DNA of 63,269 bases, filler included, from Octopus bimaculoides (lineage: Eukaryota): NCBI RefSeq assembly GCF_001194135.2. It is 4 parts of 4 records of this genome, joined end to end, with 100 filler letters (N's around TTAATTAATTAA, not from the genome) between each part and the next. Parts side by side here need not be neighbours in the genome. Positions count along the whole stretch, not along the records: positions 57,870 to 63,269 come from NC_068985.1; 3 more parts are not named here. One strand, 5' to 3'. A model generated the notes under the pieces. It worked only from the letters and a program-made list of their open reading frames with translations, did not search any database and had not been told where the DNA came from. Both the position numbers and the translations under genes were made by a program. Positions 62,496-63,269 of the stretch are shown in pieces (positions within the stretch are counted from its first letter, which is position 1; every line of letters starts with the position of its first letter).

Positions 62496-63269
62496 ATGGA
62501 GAAAGCACCGGTAGGTGGCCAAAGTTATGCGGCCGCGACTGGAAAAGGAACAGAGGAAGGAAGCTGGAAATAATCGAAATTAAGGTTGATCCGAAGAAGA
62601 TGAAGGAATGTGAGAAGTTGCTGGCGAGGGTCGGAAACACGTTGACGTTGACACCGCCTGTGGAACTGACAGAAGGTGTAAGAAAGAGAACTGTGGTTTT
62701 TAAAACCATGGAGGTGGCAACTAGAAGGATAGAGCTCGCGACAGTTGAGGAGATCGAGGAGTGCCTGAAAGGTATCAGAGAGCAAACAACTTGTGTTACT
62801 AGAGGAAAAAAATATGCCACTGTGGAGGTACGATTTGCAACAGAAATAGAAGCAATTAAGAACTCTACGGAAGCTATACGATAGGAGGAATGGGTGCTGT
62901 TGCCGTCGTACTGTGGCAAACGTGTGGCCAGAGGACGAATAGGCAAACTACCCCCAGAACTAGATGAAGCATGGCGCATGACAGCAATAAAGTACAACAT
63001 GAAGGAAGAGGCCAATATATTGAAGGCCACAAGAACAAAGAGCGTGGATTATTGGGGATATGGAATCGAACTGACTATCCAGGCAACAGTGGAAGACCTT
63101 AATAGAATTGACGAGGAGGTAGCGCTACCTGACGACCAAAAATTAAGAGTGAAAGTGGAGGGCAGGCCGCCTACATGTTTTGCATGTGGTGAGAAAGGCC
63201 ACATGAAGGCGAGATGCCCGCAGAGAGAACCAACAGAAAAACAGGAAGACACGAATCAGGTAGTACAGA
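62496..63269 (+). pseudogene. L1/Tx1-like LINE ORF1 (RRM-like region plus CCHC knuckle), running off the window
   Basis: MEKAPVGGQSYAAATG, a frameshift near 62560, ...TRGKKYATVEVRFATE..., TAG at 62882, ...PSYCGKRVAR...WGYGIELTIQ...VKVEGRPPTCFACGEKGHMKARCP. Confidence 0.82.

Overview
AT-rich eukaryotic draft-assembly DNA with very dense microsatellites and about 5 kb of N gaps. It is most likely octopus; this is inferred from the SINE families, repeat landscape and assembly spacers, not verified by a search. No host protein-coding gene can be supported; almost every ORF in the track is a microsatellite, gap or antisense-repeat artefact. The window is a layered transposon landscape. It holds at least four tRNA-derived SINE types (one young, with clean TSDs), mariner and DD37D/maT remnants and MITEs, two RLE-type LINE 3' ends and an L1/Tx1-like ORF2 piece. 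It also holds an internally deleted Gypsy element, an L1/Tx1-like ORF1 at the right edge, and three different Penelope-like (PLE) GIY-YIG endonuclease remnants. Best candidate for novelty: a minus-strand unit at ~2242-4490 in which a LINE-type ORF1/gag with a zinc knuckle runs in frame into a PLE-type GIY-YIG endonuclease, with no RT and with short direct repeats near both ends. Second candidate: a PLE 3' end at ~51410-51915 carrying a tRNA-like Pol III cassette followed by a minimal type I hammerhead ribozyme motif. All homology calls come from reading motifs by eye; no database searches were run.
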